Below, one piece after another: positions 13,001 through 25,700 of a stretch of DNA of 64,000 bases. The notes beneath the pieces are model-generated. The model saw nothing but the letters and a program-made list of their open reading frames with translations. It ran no database searches and had not been told where the DNA came from. The stretch is from Balanoglossus misakiensis (lineage: Eukaryota > Animalia > Hemichordata): NCBI GenBank assembly GCA_040954595.2, contig CM082583.2, positions 590,542 to 654,541 of the forward strand, given 5' to 3'. A program made the position numbers and the translations under genes. The stretch's first letter is position 1, and every line of letters begins with the position of its first letter.

Positions 13001-16000
13001 ACCAAATTCGAAGAACAAAGGTTTTTTTTTATTTTTTTTTCTAAAAATGACATTTTCAAGGAAAATTTGGTAAAACGCAATTTTGTCTGCAGTGAGCCAA
13101 ATTGGCCGTTTTTTTGTGGAATTTGTATTGATATATGTATACGAAGAGCATTCTATACTCCATCAGATTTCCGAAAATGTAGAAAACAGGTATTTTTTGT
13201 AATTTTCAAAAATTTACCATTTTGACCGAATTGTGGCTAAAATTGTTATTTTCGTGTTGAATGCCGCCAGTGTCACTGCTTTTAAAAGTCATTAAAACTT
13301 TTAACATACAAGCAATTGTTTATATATGATCAGGTCACCGAATTTAAAGAATAAAGAATGTTTTCCCTAAAAATGACCTTTTTGGTGCAAAAACGAATAA
13401 AACGCAATTTTGTATTAAATCAGCTCATTCAGAGTGCATTTTTTATAATCAGCACCATTTTTACATATAATGGAAATTTCATACATCATCAGATATCCAA
13501 ATATGAAAAAATGATTTAGATTTTAGATGATTGTCCAAAAGTAGCTGATATCTAATAAATGTAGTATTGAACCGTTCTGTTCCCCCCCCCCCCCCTACAT
13601 TACATGCGGTACGCCGATGTCAGCTTACCCGTCAGTACTGCAGGCCGTGCCCACAACTAACGTCGGTGTTTGAAACGCCCTGGTTAAATTCGGGCTTTCT
13701 CTATAAATTGACAGGCAATAATGTAGTCCTACCGGAATAAATGTCGAGTGTTGACCCGCTGTGACTTTCCCTCTTCGGTTTGCCCGACTTAGCCAACGTC
13801 TTTGTACTAGAGTGTCGGGTCTTTTGTAGAGCCAGGCCGAAGGAAATCCGACTTGATCACCGTTGCTAACGAACGCTAGTGTCTGTCATGGTGTGCCGGG
13901 GTTTTAGTCGAGCCAGGCCGTAGGAGATCTGACTGGATCATCGTGGTCAATGTACGCGTGTTTCCGCTCTAAAGTGCCGGGGCTTCAGCTAAACCAGGCC
14001 GTAGGAAATCCGACGTAATCACCGTTGATAACTTACGCCAGTCTGTGTCATATAGAGCCGGTGCACCAGCCGAGTCACGCCGTAGGAATCTGATTTGATC
14101 AACGTGGTCAATGTGCGCCTGTTTCTGCTCTAGAGTGCCGGGCTTCAGCTGAGCCAGGCCGTAGGAAACCCGACGTGATTACCGTTGTTAACTTACGCCA
14201 GTCTGTGTCCTATATATAGTGCGGGGCATCAGCCGTGCCAGGCCTAAGGAAATGTGAGTAGATCAATGTGGTCTCTGTACGCGTGTTTCTGCTCTAGAAT
14301 GCCAGGGCTTTAGCCAAGCCATGCCGTAGGAAATCTGAATTGATCAACGTTGCTAACGAACGCTAGTGTCTGTCATAGTGTGCCGGGGTTTTAGTCGAGC
14401 CAAGCCGTAGGAGATCTGACTTGATCATCGTGGTCAATGTACGCGTGTTTCCGCTCAAAAGTGCCGGGGCTTGAGCTAAACCAGGCCGTAGGAAATCCGA
14501 CGTAATCACCGTTGATAACTTACGCCAGTCTGTGTCATATAGAGCCGGTGCACCAGCGGAGTCACGCCGTAGGAATCTGATTTGATCAACGTGGTCAATG
14601 TACGCCTGTTTCTGCTCTAGAGTGCCGGGGCTTCAGCTGAGCCAGGCCGTAGGAAACCCGACGTGATTACCGTTGTTAACTTACGCCAGTCTGTGTCCTA
14701 TATATACTGCCGGGGCATCAGCCGTGCCAGGCCGAAGGAAATGTGAGTAGATCAACGTGGTCTCCGTACGCGTGTTTCTGCTCTAGAGTGTCAGGGCTTT
14801 AGCAAAGCCATGCCGTAGGAAATCTGACTTGATCAACGTTGCTAACGAACGCTAGTGTCTGTCATAGTGTGCCGGGGTTTTAGTCGAGCCAAGCCGTAGG
14901 AGATCAGACTTGATCAACGTGGTCTCTGTACGCGTGTTTCTGCTCTTGAGTGCCGGGGCTTTATCCAACCCATGCCGTAGAAAATCTGACTTGATCACCG
15001 TTGCTAACGTACGCTAGTGTCTGTCATATTGTGACGGAGATTTAGCCGAGCCAGGCCGTAAAAAATCGACTTGTTCAACGTTACCAGTGTGCAACTGTTT
15101 CTGCTCTAGAGTGTCAGGGTTTTAGCCGATTTATGCTGTAGGAAATCAGAGTTGATGAACGGGAATTCAATGTTAGAAAACCCGTGTGGAAAGTATCTCT
15201 ACCCGTTTGAAACTAAGAAAAGAATTTATTCTTATTTATTTTGTAAAAAAGACAATTTTTCGAAACAAAGGCGAAAATGGTAATTTTGTCTTGGGTGATT
15301 CAAATTATACCACCTTTTCTGGAATTTGCAGCACTTTTTACAAGAGAACGACACTTAATGCTCCATAATATTTCCGAAAATGAAGAAAAGAGTTAATTTT
15401 TTATGATTTTTTAAAATTTTACCATTTTTGTCAAAATATGGCCAAAATGGCTATTTTTTCTTGAATTCCGTCAATATCTCTGCATTTTTGGTGTGGTCGA
15501 AACTTTTAACATACAATCAACATGTCATATATGATCGGGGCACCAAATTCGAAGAACAAAGGTTTTTTTATTTTTTTTTCTAAAAATGACATTTTCAAGG
15601 AAAATTTGGTAAAACGCAATTTTGTCTGCAGTGAGCCAAATTAGACGGTCTTTTATGGAATTTGTATCGATATATACATACGAAGAGCATTCTATACTCC
15701 ATCAGATTTCCGAAAATGTAGAAAAGGGTATTTTTTGTAATTTTGAAAAATTTTCCATTTTGACCAAATTGTGGCTAAAATTGTTATTTTCGTGTTGAAT
15801 GCCGCCAGTGTCACTGCTTTTAAAAGTCATAAAAACTTTTAACATACAAGCAATTGTTTATATATGATCAGGTCACCGAATTAAAAAAATAAAGAATGTT
15901 TTGCCTAAAAATGACCTTTTTGGTGCAAAAACGAATAAAACGCAATTTTGTATTAAATCAGCTCATTCAGAGTGCATTTTTATAATCAGCACCATTTTTA

Positions 16001-19000
16001 CATATAATGGAAATTTCATACATCATCAGATATCCAAATATGAAAAGATGATTTAGATTTTAGATGATTGTCCAAAATTAGCTGATATCTGATAAATGTA
16101 GTATTGAACCGTTCTGTTTCTCCCCCCCCCCCCTACATTATATGCGGTACGCCGATGTCACCTTACCCGGCAGTACTGCAGGCCGTGCCCCCAACTAACG
16201 TCGGTGTTTGAAGCGCCCTGGTTAAATTCGGGCTTTCTCTATAAATTACAGGCAATAATGCAGTCCTACCCGAACAAATGTCGAGTGTTGACCCGCTGTG
16301 ACTTTCCCTCTTCGGTTTGCCCGACTTAGCCAACGTCTTTGTACTAGAGGGTCGGGTCTTTTGCCGAGCCAGGCCGAATGAAATCAGACTTGATCACCGT
16401 TGCTAACGAACGCTAGTGTCTGTCATGGTGTGCCGGGGTTTTAGTCGAACCAGGCCGTAGGAAATCTGACTTGATCAACGTGGTCAATGTACGCCTGTTT
16501 CTGCTCTAGAGTGCAGGGGCTTCAGCTGATCCAGGCCGTAGGAAACCCGACGTGATTACCGTTGTTAACTTACGCCAGTCTGTGTCCTATATATAGTGCG
16601 GGGCATCAGCCGTGCCAGGCCTAAGGAAATGTGAGTAGATCAATGTGGTCTCTGTACGCGTGTTTCTGCTCTAGAATGCCAGGGCTTTAGCCAAGCCATG
16701 CCGTAGGAAATCTGACTTGATCAACGTTGCTAACGAACGCTAGTGTCTGTCATAGTGTGCCGGGGTTTTAGTCGAGCCAAGCCGTAGGAGATCAGACTTG
16801 ATCAACGTGGTCTCTGTACGCGTGTTTCTGCTCTAGAGTGCCGGGGCTTTATCCCAGCCATGCCGTAGAAAATCTGACTTGATCACCGTTGCTAACGTGC
16901 GCTAGTGTCTGTCATATCGTGACGGAGATTTAGCCGAGCCAGGCCGTAGAAAAATCGACTTGTTCAACGTTACCAGTGTGCAACTGTTTCTGCTCTAGAG
17001 TGTCAGGGTTTTAGCCGACTTATGCTGTAGGAAATCTGAGTTGATGAATGGGAATTTAATGTTAAAAAACCTGTGTGGAAAGTGTCTCTACCCTTTTGAA
17101 ACTAAGAAAATAATTTATTCTTATTTATTTTGTAAAAATCACAATTTTTCGAAAAAAAGTCGAAAATGGTAATTTTGTCATGGGTGATTCAAATTATACC
17201 GCCTTTTCTGGAATTTGCAGCACTTTTTACAAGAGAACGACACTTCATGCTCCATAATATTTCCGAAAATGAAGAAAAGAGTTAATTTTTTATGATTTTT
17301 TAAAAATTTACCATTTTTGTCAAAATATGGCCAAAATGGCTATTTTTTCTTGAATTCCGTCAATATCTCTGCATTTTTGGAGTGGTCCAAAGTTTTAACA
17401 TACAATCAACATGTCATATATGATCAGGGCACCAAATTCGAAGAACAAAGGTTTTTTTTTATTTTTTTTTCTAAAAATGACATTTTCAAGGAAAATTTGG
17501 TAAAACGCAATTTTGTCTGCAGTGAGCCAAATTGGCCGTTTTTTTGTGGAATTTGTATCGATATATGTATACGAAGAGCATTCTATACTCCATCAGATTT
17601 CCGAAAATGTAGAAAACAGGTATTTTTTGTAATTTTCAAAAATTTACCATTTTGACCGAATTGTGGCTAAAATTGTTATTTTCGTGTTGAATGCCGCCAG
17701 TGTCACTGCTTTTAAAAGTCATTAAAACTTTTAACATACAAGCAATTGTTTATATATGATCAGGTCACCGAATTTAAAGAATAAAGAATGTTTTCCCTAA
17801 AAATGACCTTTTTGGTGCAAAAACGAATAAAACGCAATTTTGTATTAAACAGCTCATTCAGAGTGCATTTTTTATAATCAGCACCATTTTTACATATAAT
17901 GGAAATTTCATACATCATCAGATATCCAAATATGAAAAAATGATTTAGATTTTAGATGATTGTCCAAAAGTAGCTGATATCTAATAAATGTAGTATTGAA
18001 CCGTTCTGTCCCCCCCCCTACATTACATGCGGTACGCCGATGTCAGCTTACCCGTCAGTACTGCAGGCCGTGCCCACAACTAACGTCGGTGTTTGAAACG
18101 CCCTGGTTAAATTCGGGCTTTCTCTATAAATTGACAGGCAATAATGTAGTCCTACCGGAATAAATGTCGAGTGTTGACCCGCTGTGACTTTCCCTCTTCG
18201 GTTTGCCCGACTTAGCCAACGTCTTTGTACTAGAGGGTCGGGTCTTTTGCCGAGCCAGGCCGAATGAAATCAGACTTGATCACCGTTGCTAACGAACGCT
18301 AGTGTCTGTCATGGTGTGCCGGGGTTTTAGTCGAACCAGGCCGTAGGAAATCTGACTTGATCAACGTGGTCAATGTACGCCTGTTTCTGCTCTAGAGTGC
18401 AGGGGCTTCAGCTGATCCAGGCCGTAGGAAACCCGACGTGATTACCGTTGTTAACTTACGCCAGTCTGTGTCCTATATATAGTGCGGGGCATCAGCCGTG
18501 CCAGGCCTAAGGAAATGTGAGTAGATCAATGTGGTCTCTGTACGCGTGTTTCTGCTCTAGAATGCCAGGGCTTTAGCCAAGCCATGCCGTAGGAAATCTG
18601 ACTTGATCAACGTTGCTAACGAACGCTAGTGTCTGTCATAGTGTGCCGGGGTTTTAGTCGAGCCAAGCCGTAGGAGATCAGACTTGATCAACGTGGTCTC
18701 TGTACGCGTGTTTCTGCTCTAGAGTGCCGGGGCTTTATCCCAGCCATGCCGTAGAAAATCTGACTTGATCACCGTTGCTAACGTGCGCTAGTGTCTGTCA
18801 TATCGTGACGGAGATTTAGCCGAGCCAGGCCGTAGAAAAATCGACTTGTTCAACGTTACCAGTGTGCAACTGTTTCTGCTCTAGAGTGTCAGGGTTTTAG
18901 CCGACTTATGCTGTAGGAAATCTGAGTTGATGAATGGGAATTTAATGTTAAAAAACCTGTGTGGAAAGTGTCTCTACCCTTTTGAAACTAAGAAAATAAT

Positions 19001-22000
19001 TTATTCTTATTTATTTTGTAAAAATCACAATTTTTCGAAAAAAAGTCGAAAATGGTAATTTTGTCATGGGTGATTCAAATTATACCGCCTTTTCTGGAAT
19101 TTGCAGCACTTTTTACAAGAGAACGACACTTCATGCTCCATAATATTTCCGAAAATGAAGAAAAGAGTTAATTTTTTATGATTTTTTAAAAATTTACCAT
19201 TTTTGTCAAAATATGGCCAAAATGGCTATTTTTTCTTGAATTCCGTCAATATCTCTGCATTTTTGGAGTGGTCCAAAGTTTTAACATACAATCAACATGT
19301 CATATATGATCAGGGCACCAAATTCGAAGAACAAAGGTTTTTTTTTATTTTTTTTTCTAAAAATGACATTTTCAAGGAAAATTTGGTAAAACGCAATTTT
19401 GTCTGCAGTGAGCCAAATTGGCCGTTTTTTTGTGGAATTTGTATCGATATATGTATACGAAGAGCATTCTATACTCCATCAGATTTCCGAAAATGTAGAA
19501 AACAGGTATTTTTTGTAATTTTCAAAAATTTACCATTTTGACCGAATTGTGGCTAAAATTGTTATTTTCGTGTTGAATGCCGCCAGTGTCACTGCTTTTA
19601 AAAGTCATTAAAACTTTTAACATACAAGCAATTGTTTATATATGATCAGGTCACCGAATTTAAAGAATAAAGAATGTTTTCCCTAAAAATGACCTTTTTG
19701 GTGCAAAAACGAATAAAACGCAATTTTGTATTAAACAGCTCATTCAGAGTGCATTTTTTATAATCAGCACCATTTTTACATATAATGGAAATTTCATACA
19801 TCATCAGATATCCAAATATGAAAAAATGATTTAGATTTTAGATGATTGTCCAAAAGTAGCTGATATCTAATAAATGTAGTATTGAACCGTTCTGTCCCCC
19901 CCCCCCCTACATTACATGCGGTACGCCGATGTCAGCTTACCCGTCAGTACTGCAGGCCGTGCCCACAACTAACGTCGGTGTTTGAAACGCCCTGGTTAAA
20001 TTCGGGCTTTCTCTATAAATTGACAGGCAATAATGTAGTCCTACCGGAATAAATGTCGAGTGTTGACCCGCTGTGACTTTCCCTCTTCGGTTTGCCCGAC
20101 TTAGCCAACGTCTTTGTACTAGAGTGTCGGGTCTTTTGTAGAGCCAGGCCGAAGGAAATCCGACTTGATCACCGTTGCTAACGAACGCTAGTGTCTGTCA
20201 TGGTGTGCCGGGGTTTTAGTCGAGCCAGGCCGTAGGAGATCTGACTGGATCATCGTGGTCAATGTACACGTGTTTCCGCTCTAAAGTGCCGGGGCTTCAG
20301 CTAAACCAGGCCGTAGGAAATCCGACGTAATCACCGTTGATAACTTACGCCAGTCTGTGTCATATAGAGCCGGTGCACCAGCCGAGTCACGCCGTAGGAA
20401 TCTGATTTGATCAACGTGGTCAATGTGCGCCTGTTTCTGCTCTAGAGTGCCGGGCTTCAGCTGAGCCAGGCCGTAGGAAACCCGACGTGATTACCGTTGT
20501 TAACTTACGCCAGTCTGTGTCCTATATATAGTGCGGGGCATCAGCCGTGCCAGGCCTAAGGAAATGTGAGTAGATCAATGTGGTCTCTGTACGCGTGTTT
20601 CTGCTCTAGAATGCCAGGGCTTTAGCCAAGCCATGCCGTAGGAAATCTGAATTGATCAACGTTGCTAACGAACGCTAGTGTCTGTCATAGTGTGCCGGGG
20701 TTTTAGTCGAGCCAAGCCGTAGGAGATCTGACTTGATCATCGTGGTCAATGTACGCGTGTTTCCGCTCTAAAGTGCCGGGGCTTGAGCTAAACCAGGCCG
20801 TAGGAAATCCGACGTAATCACCGTTGATAACTTACGCCAGTCTGTGTCATATAGAGCCGGTGCACCAGCGGAGTCACGCCGTAGGAATCTGATTTGATCA
20901 ACGTGGTCAATGTACGCCTGTTTCTGCTCTAGAGTGCCGGGGCTTCAGCTGAGCCAGGCCGTAGGAAACCCGACGTGATTACTGTTGTTAACTTACGCCA
21001 GTCTGTGTCCTATATATAGTGCCGGGGCATCAGCCGTGCCAGGCCGAAGGAAATGTGAGTAGATCAACGTGGTTTCTGTACGCGTGTTTCTGCTCTAGAG
21101 TGCCAGGGCTTTAGCCAAGCCATGCAGTAGGAAATCTGACTTGATCAACGTTGCTAACGAACGCTAGTGTCTGTCATATTGTGACGGAGATTTAGCCGAG
21201 CCAGGCCGTAGAAAAATCGACTTGTTCAACGTTACCAGTGTGCAACTGTTTCTGCTCTAGAGTGTCAGGGTTTTAGCCGACTTATGCTGTAGGAAATCTG
21301 AGTTGATGAATGGGAATTCAATGTTTTCAATGTTAAAAAACCTGTGTGGAAAGTGTCTCTACCCTTTTGAAACTAAGAAAAGAATCTATTCTTATTTATT
21401 TTGTAAAAATCACAATTTTTCGAAAAAAAGTCGAAAATGGTAATTTTGTCATGGGTGATTCAAATTATACCGCCTTTTCTGGAATTTGCAGCACTTTCTA
21501 CAAGAGAACGACACTTCATGCTCCATAATATTTCCGAAAATGAAGAAAAGAGTTAATTTTTTATGATTTTTTAAAAATTTACCATTTTTGTCAAAATATG
21601 GCCAAAATGGCTATTTTTTCTTGAATTCCGTCAATATCTCTGCATTTTTGGAGTGGTCGAAAGTTTTAACATACAATCAACATGTCATATATGATCAGGG
21701 CACCAAATTCGAAGAACAAAGGTTTTTTTTATTTTTTTTTCTAAAAATGACATTTTCAAGGAAAATTTGGTAAAACGCAATTTTGTCTGCAGTGAGCCAA
21801 ATTGGCCGTTTTTTTGTGGAATTTGTATCGATATATGTATACGAAGAGCATTCTATACTCCATCAGATTTCCGAAAATGTAGAAAACAGGTATTTTTTGT
21901 AATTTTCAAAAATTTACCATTTTGACCGAATTGTGGCTAAAATTGTTATTTTCGTGTTGAATGCCGCCAGTGTCACTGCTTTTAAAAGTCATAAAAACTT

Positions 22001-22151
22001 TCAACATACAAGCAATTGTTTATATATGATCAGGTCACCGAATTTAAAGAATAAAGAATGTTTTCCCTAAAAATGACCTTTTTGGTGCAAAAACGAATAA
22101 AACGCAATTTTGTATTAAATCAGCTCATTCAGAGTGCATTTTTTATAATCA

Positions 22152-22155
22152 GCAC
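22152..22155. other. Target-site duplication GCAC (second copy 28619-28622)
   Basis: ATAATCA-GCAC-[TGTGGG...CCCACA]-GCAC-CATTTT compared with the empty ATAATCAGCACCATTTT. A 6-bp CAGCAC reading is formally possible. Confidence 0.8.
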
Positions 22156-22565
22156 TGTGGGAAAACATGCGGGTTTTGATGACGGCATGACTATTATTAG
22201 CTCAGTGATGACCTTTGCCGTCTTGTTTTTGAACTACACTGAACGTTTATTGTTGTTTTCATGTGTTTATTTTGTTCAGAAAACTTAGTTTTTACGTAGG
22301 AACATTACTGACTTTTTCCGGACATTGATTTCCGTGATTCCGTGCAACATTTCGAACTCTGAGTTAAGAACATTCTCGATTTCCCATCATGCTTTGTTGT
22401 TCATCGTGGAAGCCATGCCAAATACAATTTATTGATGCGTTGTCTGTTAAATTGCGAGTTTTAACGCAATAAACCTGTGTTATTCTGTGAACGGGAGTAG
22501 CGGTGAGTTTCTTCAGTGTCCCTGGGAATGAGCGGCGGCCAAATCGTAAGAAAATATTCCCCACA
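22156..22565 (+). repeat. 5' LTR (410 bp)
   Basis: Starts TGTGGGAAAACATG and ends ATATTCCCCACA. It matches 28209-28618 except for 3 substitutions seen by eye. AATAAA is at 22468-22473. Confidence 0.97.
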
Positions 22566-22573
22566 CTGAATGG

Positions 22574-22590
22574 TGGCGACCATGACGGGA
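22574..22590 (+). promoter_or_regulatory. Primer-binding site, probably tRNA-Arg(TCG)-type
   Basis: TGGCGACCATGACGGGA lies just downstream of the 5' LTR. It resembles TGGCGACCGTGACAGGA, the complement of an invertebrate tRNA-Arg(TCG) 3' end as recalled, not searched. Confidence 0.7.
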
Positions 22591-22746
22591 GCGTGAGTAC
22601 ATCACATCACAACGCGTATTGCATAAGCCAGTGTATGCAGTGCAGTGAGCGGATCGGAGGCGTGTAAACAAAACTCAACGGCCGAGTCAAGGTTTGACAC
22701 TAACTTTATTCAACCGTAGCGGTACTTGCGAACATATATACGAAAC

Positions 22747-25700
22747 ATGGCTTTCACCGAGGAGAGATTCAAACGACAGCTGACAATCGCTGAGTTCAAA
22801 CTTGAGGAAATTGTCGAGTTATCAAAGAGTGAAGACACGAGTGACGTCACAATGGCGTATGAACAAATAGGAGAGTTGATCAAGCGATTAGAGAAATCGA
22901 AGGATGATACAACCGAACATCTCTTGGAATCAGGGTCTGACTTAGAATATGTGAAGCAGTGGACAACATTACAGAAGGGTGTTATCCAGTCATTCAGAGA
23001 GGCACGTCTGAGTATCAGAAAGCAGATGGATGAAGCCATAGAAAGAGACACACAAACTAAACTTGAAAAAGAACTACATATTCAGCGACAAATAAACGAG
23101 GAGCAATCGAGATTCAGATTGCAACAACAACAGGAAATGGAGGAAGCGGCTGCACGCCAACATCGCAGAGAGGAAGAATGGTACATGCAGAAACTAGATT
23201 TTGAAAAACAGATTGAGGCTAGCCATGCAGAACACATACATGTAGACCATAGGGAGAATGTGACACCAGTGAACACAACACAATCAGTGAAACTACAGAA
23301 ATATACTATCACTCCTTTCTGTGGTGATTACAAGGACTGGCTGCGCTTTTGGAATCAATTCACCGTGGAGGTGGATGGATCAAATCTCTCAGAAATCAGT
23401 AAGTTCAACTATTTATTGGAACTAGTGAAGGAAAAACCCAGAGAGGATATCCTAGGTCTACCTCATACCGCAGATGGATATCAGGAAGCAAAGAAAATAC
23501 TTGTCCAGACATATGGGAAAGACATTAAAGTACACAAGTCATTGATAAAGGAACTTGAGGAACTTCCAACCGTCACCAGTATTCACAAGTTGTATGAAAT
23601 ACATGACTTCTACAACAAGCTTGCCAGAATAGTACGCACACTCATAACAATGAAAAAGTTGACTACTGCACAAAGCTCAGTATACACACTGATGGACAAG
23701 CTGGGTCCGGTACGAGAAGTACTTGTACAAAAAGATGATAACTGGGAAGAATGGGGTCTGGAAGAGCTTGTTGAAAATCTGCGAAAATATGTGGAAAGAA
23801 ACCCCCTGAAAGTAGGTGATGACAAAAATGGGAAAAAAGATGATAGACACACGCCATCAAAGAAAAAAGAAAAGTTACTTCTTGGAAACAACGGTGACTC
23901 TAAACAGGGCCCAGGTCGTAAATCCAGGTGTGTGTATTGCAGTTCAGAAGATCATTCAAGTAATGGTTGTGTCAAAGTGCTTGATGTGGCCACCAAGAGA
24001 GCCATTTTGCGAAGAAACCGGATGTGTTTCAACTGTACAGGTGTTGGGCATCGTGCAGTCGACTGTAGATCCAGAGGATGCAGGAACTGTACTGGTAAGC
24101 ACCATACCTCCATTTGTGACAAGGAGAAATCAACACTTGATGCACCAGAAACTACAAAAATGGAAAAGGGATTGAGCACAACAATGGAACATGCAAACAC
24201 TTTGCATCCTACCGTGATAGCCAGAGTGGGGACAGAGACAGTTCGTGTTATGTTCGACACGGGTGCTGGGAGTTCATACATATGCTCAGATCTGATCACC
24301 AAAATGCAGATGAAACCAGTCAAGACAGAACAACGCTGTATTGAACAGATGTACGGCACTGTAAGGAAGACCGTTGAGGTGTACAGTGTCACAATACAGT
24401 CAGCAGCAGTTGAGGGATTCTCATTCGATGTAGAATGTGTGAATGCTGAGAAGGGCATACTGACGTACCTGCCTAACCCGAATATTCCAGCGCTAAAGAA
24501 ACGATTTAGGCGCTTCCGCCGACTGCATTTCAGTGAGGAAGAGACAACTGATGATCAGATACCAGTTCACATTATCATCGGAGCGGCGGATTATCAGAGA
24601 ATACGAACCACAGAGCCTCTTGTCTTGGGAACCTACCCGGATAAGGATCCAGGTGCAGAATTCACCATGCTTGGGTGGACCGTTTCAGGACGGCATTCAG
24701 CGATAGGGAGTCAAACAGAGAAACAGTTCTTCCTGCGATCCAGTCAAGAAGAATTTGAGAAGCTGTGTTCACTGGATGTTCTTGGAATAACAGATACAGA
24801 TACGAAAGAAAGCGGCACAATTCATGAAGAGTTCAAGAAGCAGCTCGATAGGTCAGAAAGTGGACACTATGAAACAAAACTACCATGGAAGGAAGACCAT
24901 ATGCCGCTGCCTACAAACAAGAGGTTATGCACAGCTCGACTATACAGCACAACAAAGAAGCTTGAGAGAATGGGGAGACTAGACGAATATGACGAGATTA
25001 TGAGAGAACAAATCAACATGGGAATCATCGAGCCAGTACCGATTCACCAGACGGGGGAGGTCATACACTATGTCCCACATCAGGCGGTCATCCGAGAGAA
25101 AGCAGAGACGACGAAAATGCGGATAGTGTATGATTGCTCAGCCAGAGCCAACATAAGAAGTCCCTCACTCAACGATTGCTTGGAGACTGGCCCATCATTG
25201 CAGCCACTGTTGTTCGACATCATGGTACGAAACCGTATGCGGAAGTTTTGCATCACAGGGGACATTCAGAAAGCCTTCCTGCAAATCCGCGTACATGAGC
25301 AAGACAGGGATGCGCTGCGTGTGTTATGGTACAACAATCTACAAGATCGTAAAGTGACAGAGTACCGCTTTACGCGGGTGATCTTTGGAGCGACTTCAAG
25401 TCCGTACATACTTGGGGTAACACTACAGAAACACATAGAGAGCTACAAGGAAGAATATCCGACAACAGCCCAGACATTGTTGGATGATACATATGTTGAC
25501 GATATACAAGGAGGTGGGGATACAGAAGATGATGTTGCGGCCTTCAAAGAAGAGTCCACCGAAATACTGTCAAAGGGTGGATTCTCTCTTCATAAATGGC
25601 ACAGCAACGTCACTCACTTAAACTCAGAAGAGAACAATAAGAGAGGAGAAGAGCAGGAGACTACAAGTCCTGTCAGAAGTACATCCAGTGATGATACAAA

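Larger units (their letters stand above)
1..22155. repeat. Composite ~2.05-kb macrosatellite tandem array, left arm (~11 units; continues beyond window start)
   Basis: The marker GTAGTA-TTGAACCGTTCTG-poly(C) recurs at 1731, 3785, 5842, 7893, 9785, 11674, 13567, 16104, 17996 and 19882. Units are head-to-tail, in the same orientation, and differ only by scattered substitutions and subrepeat copy number. Confidence 0.99.
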
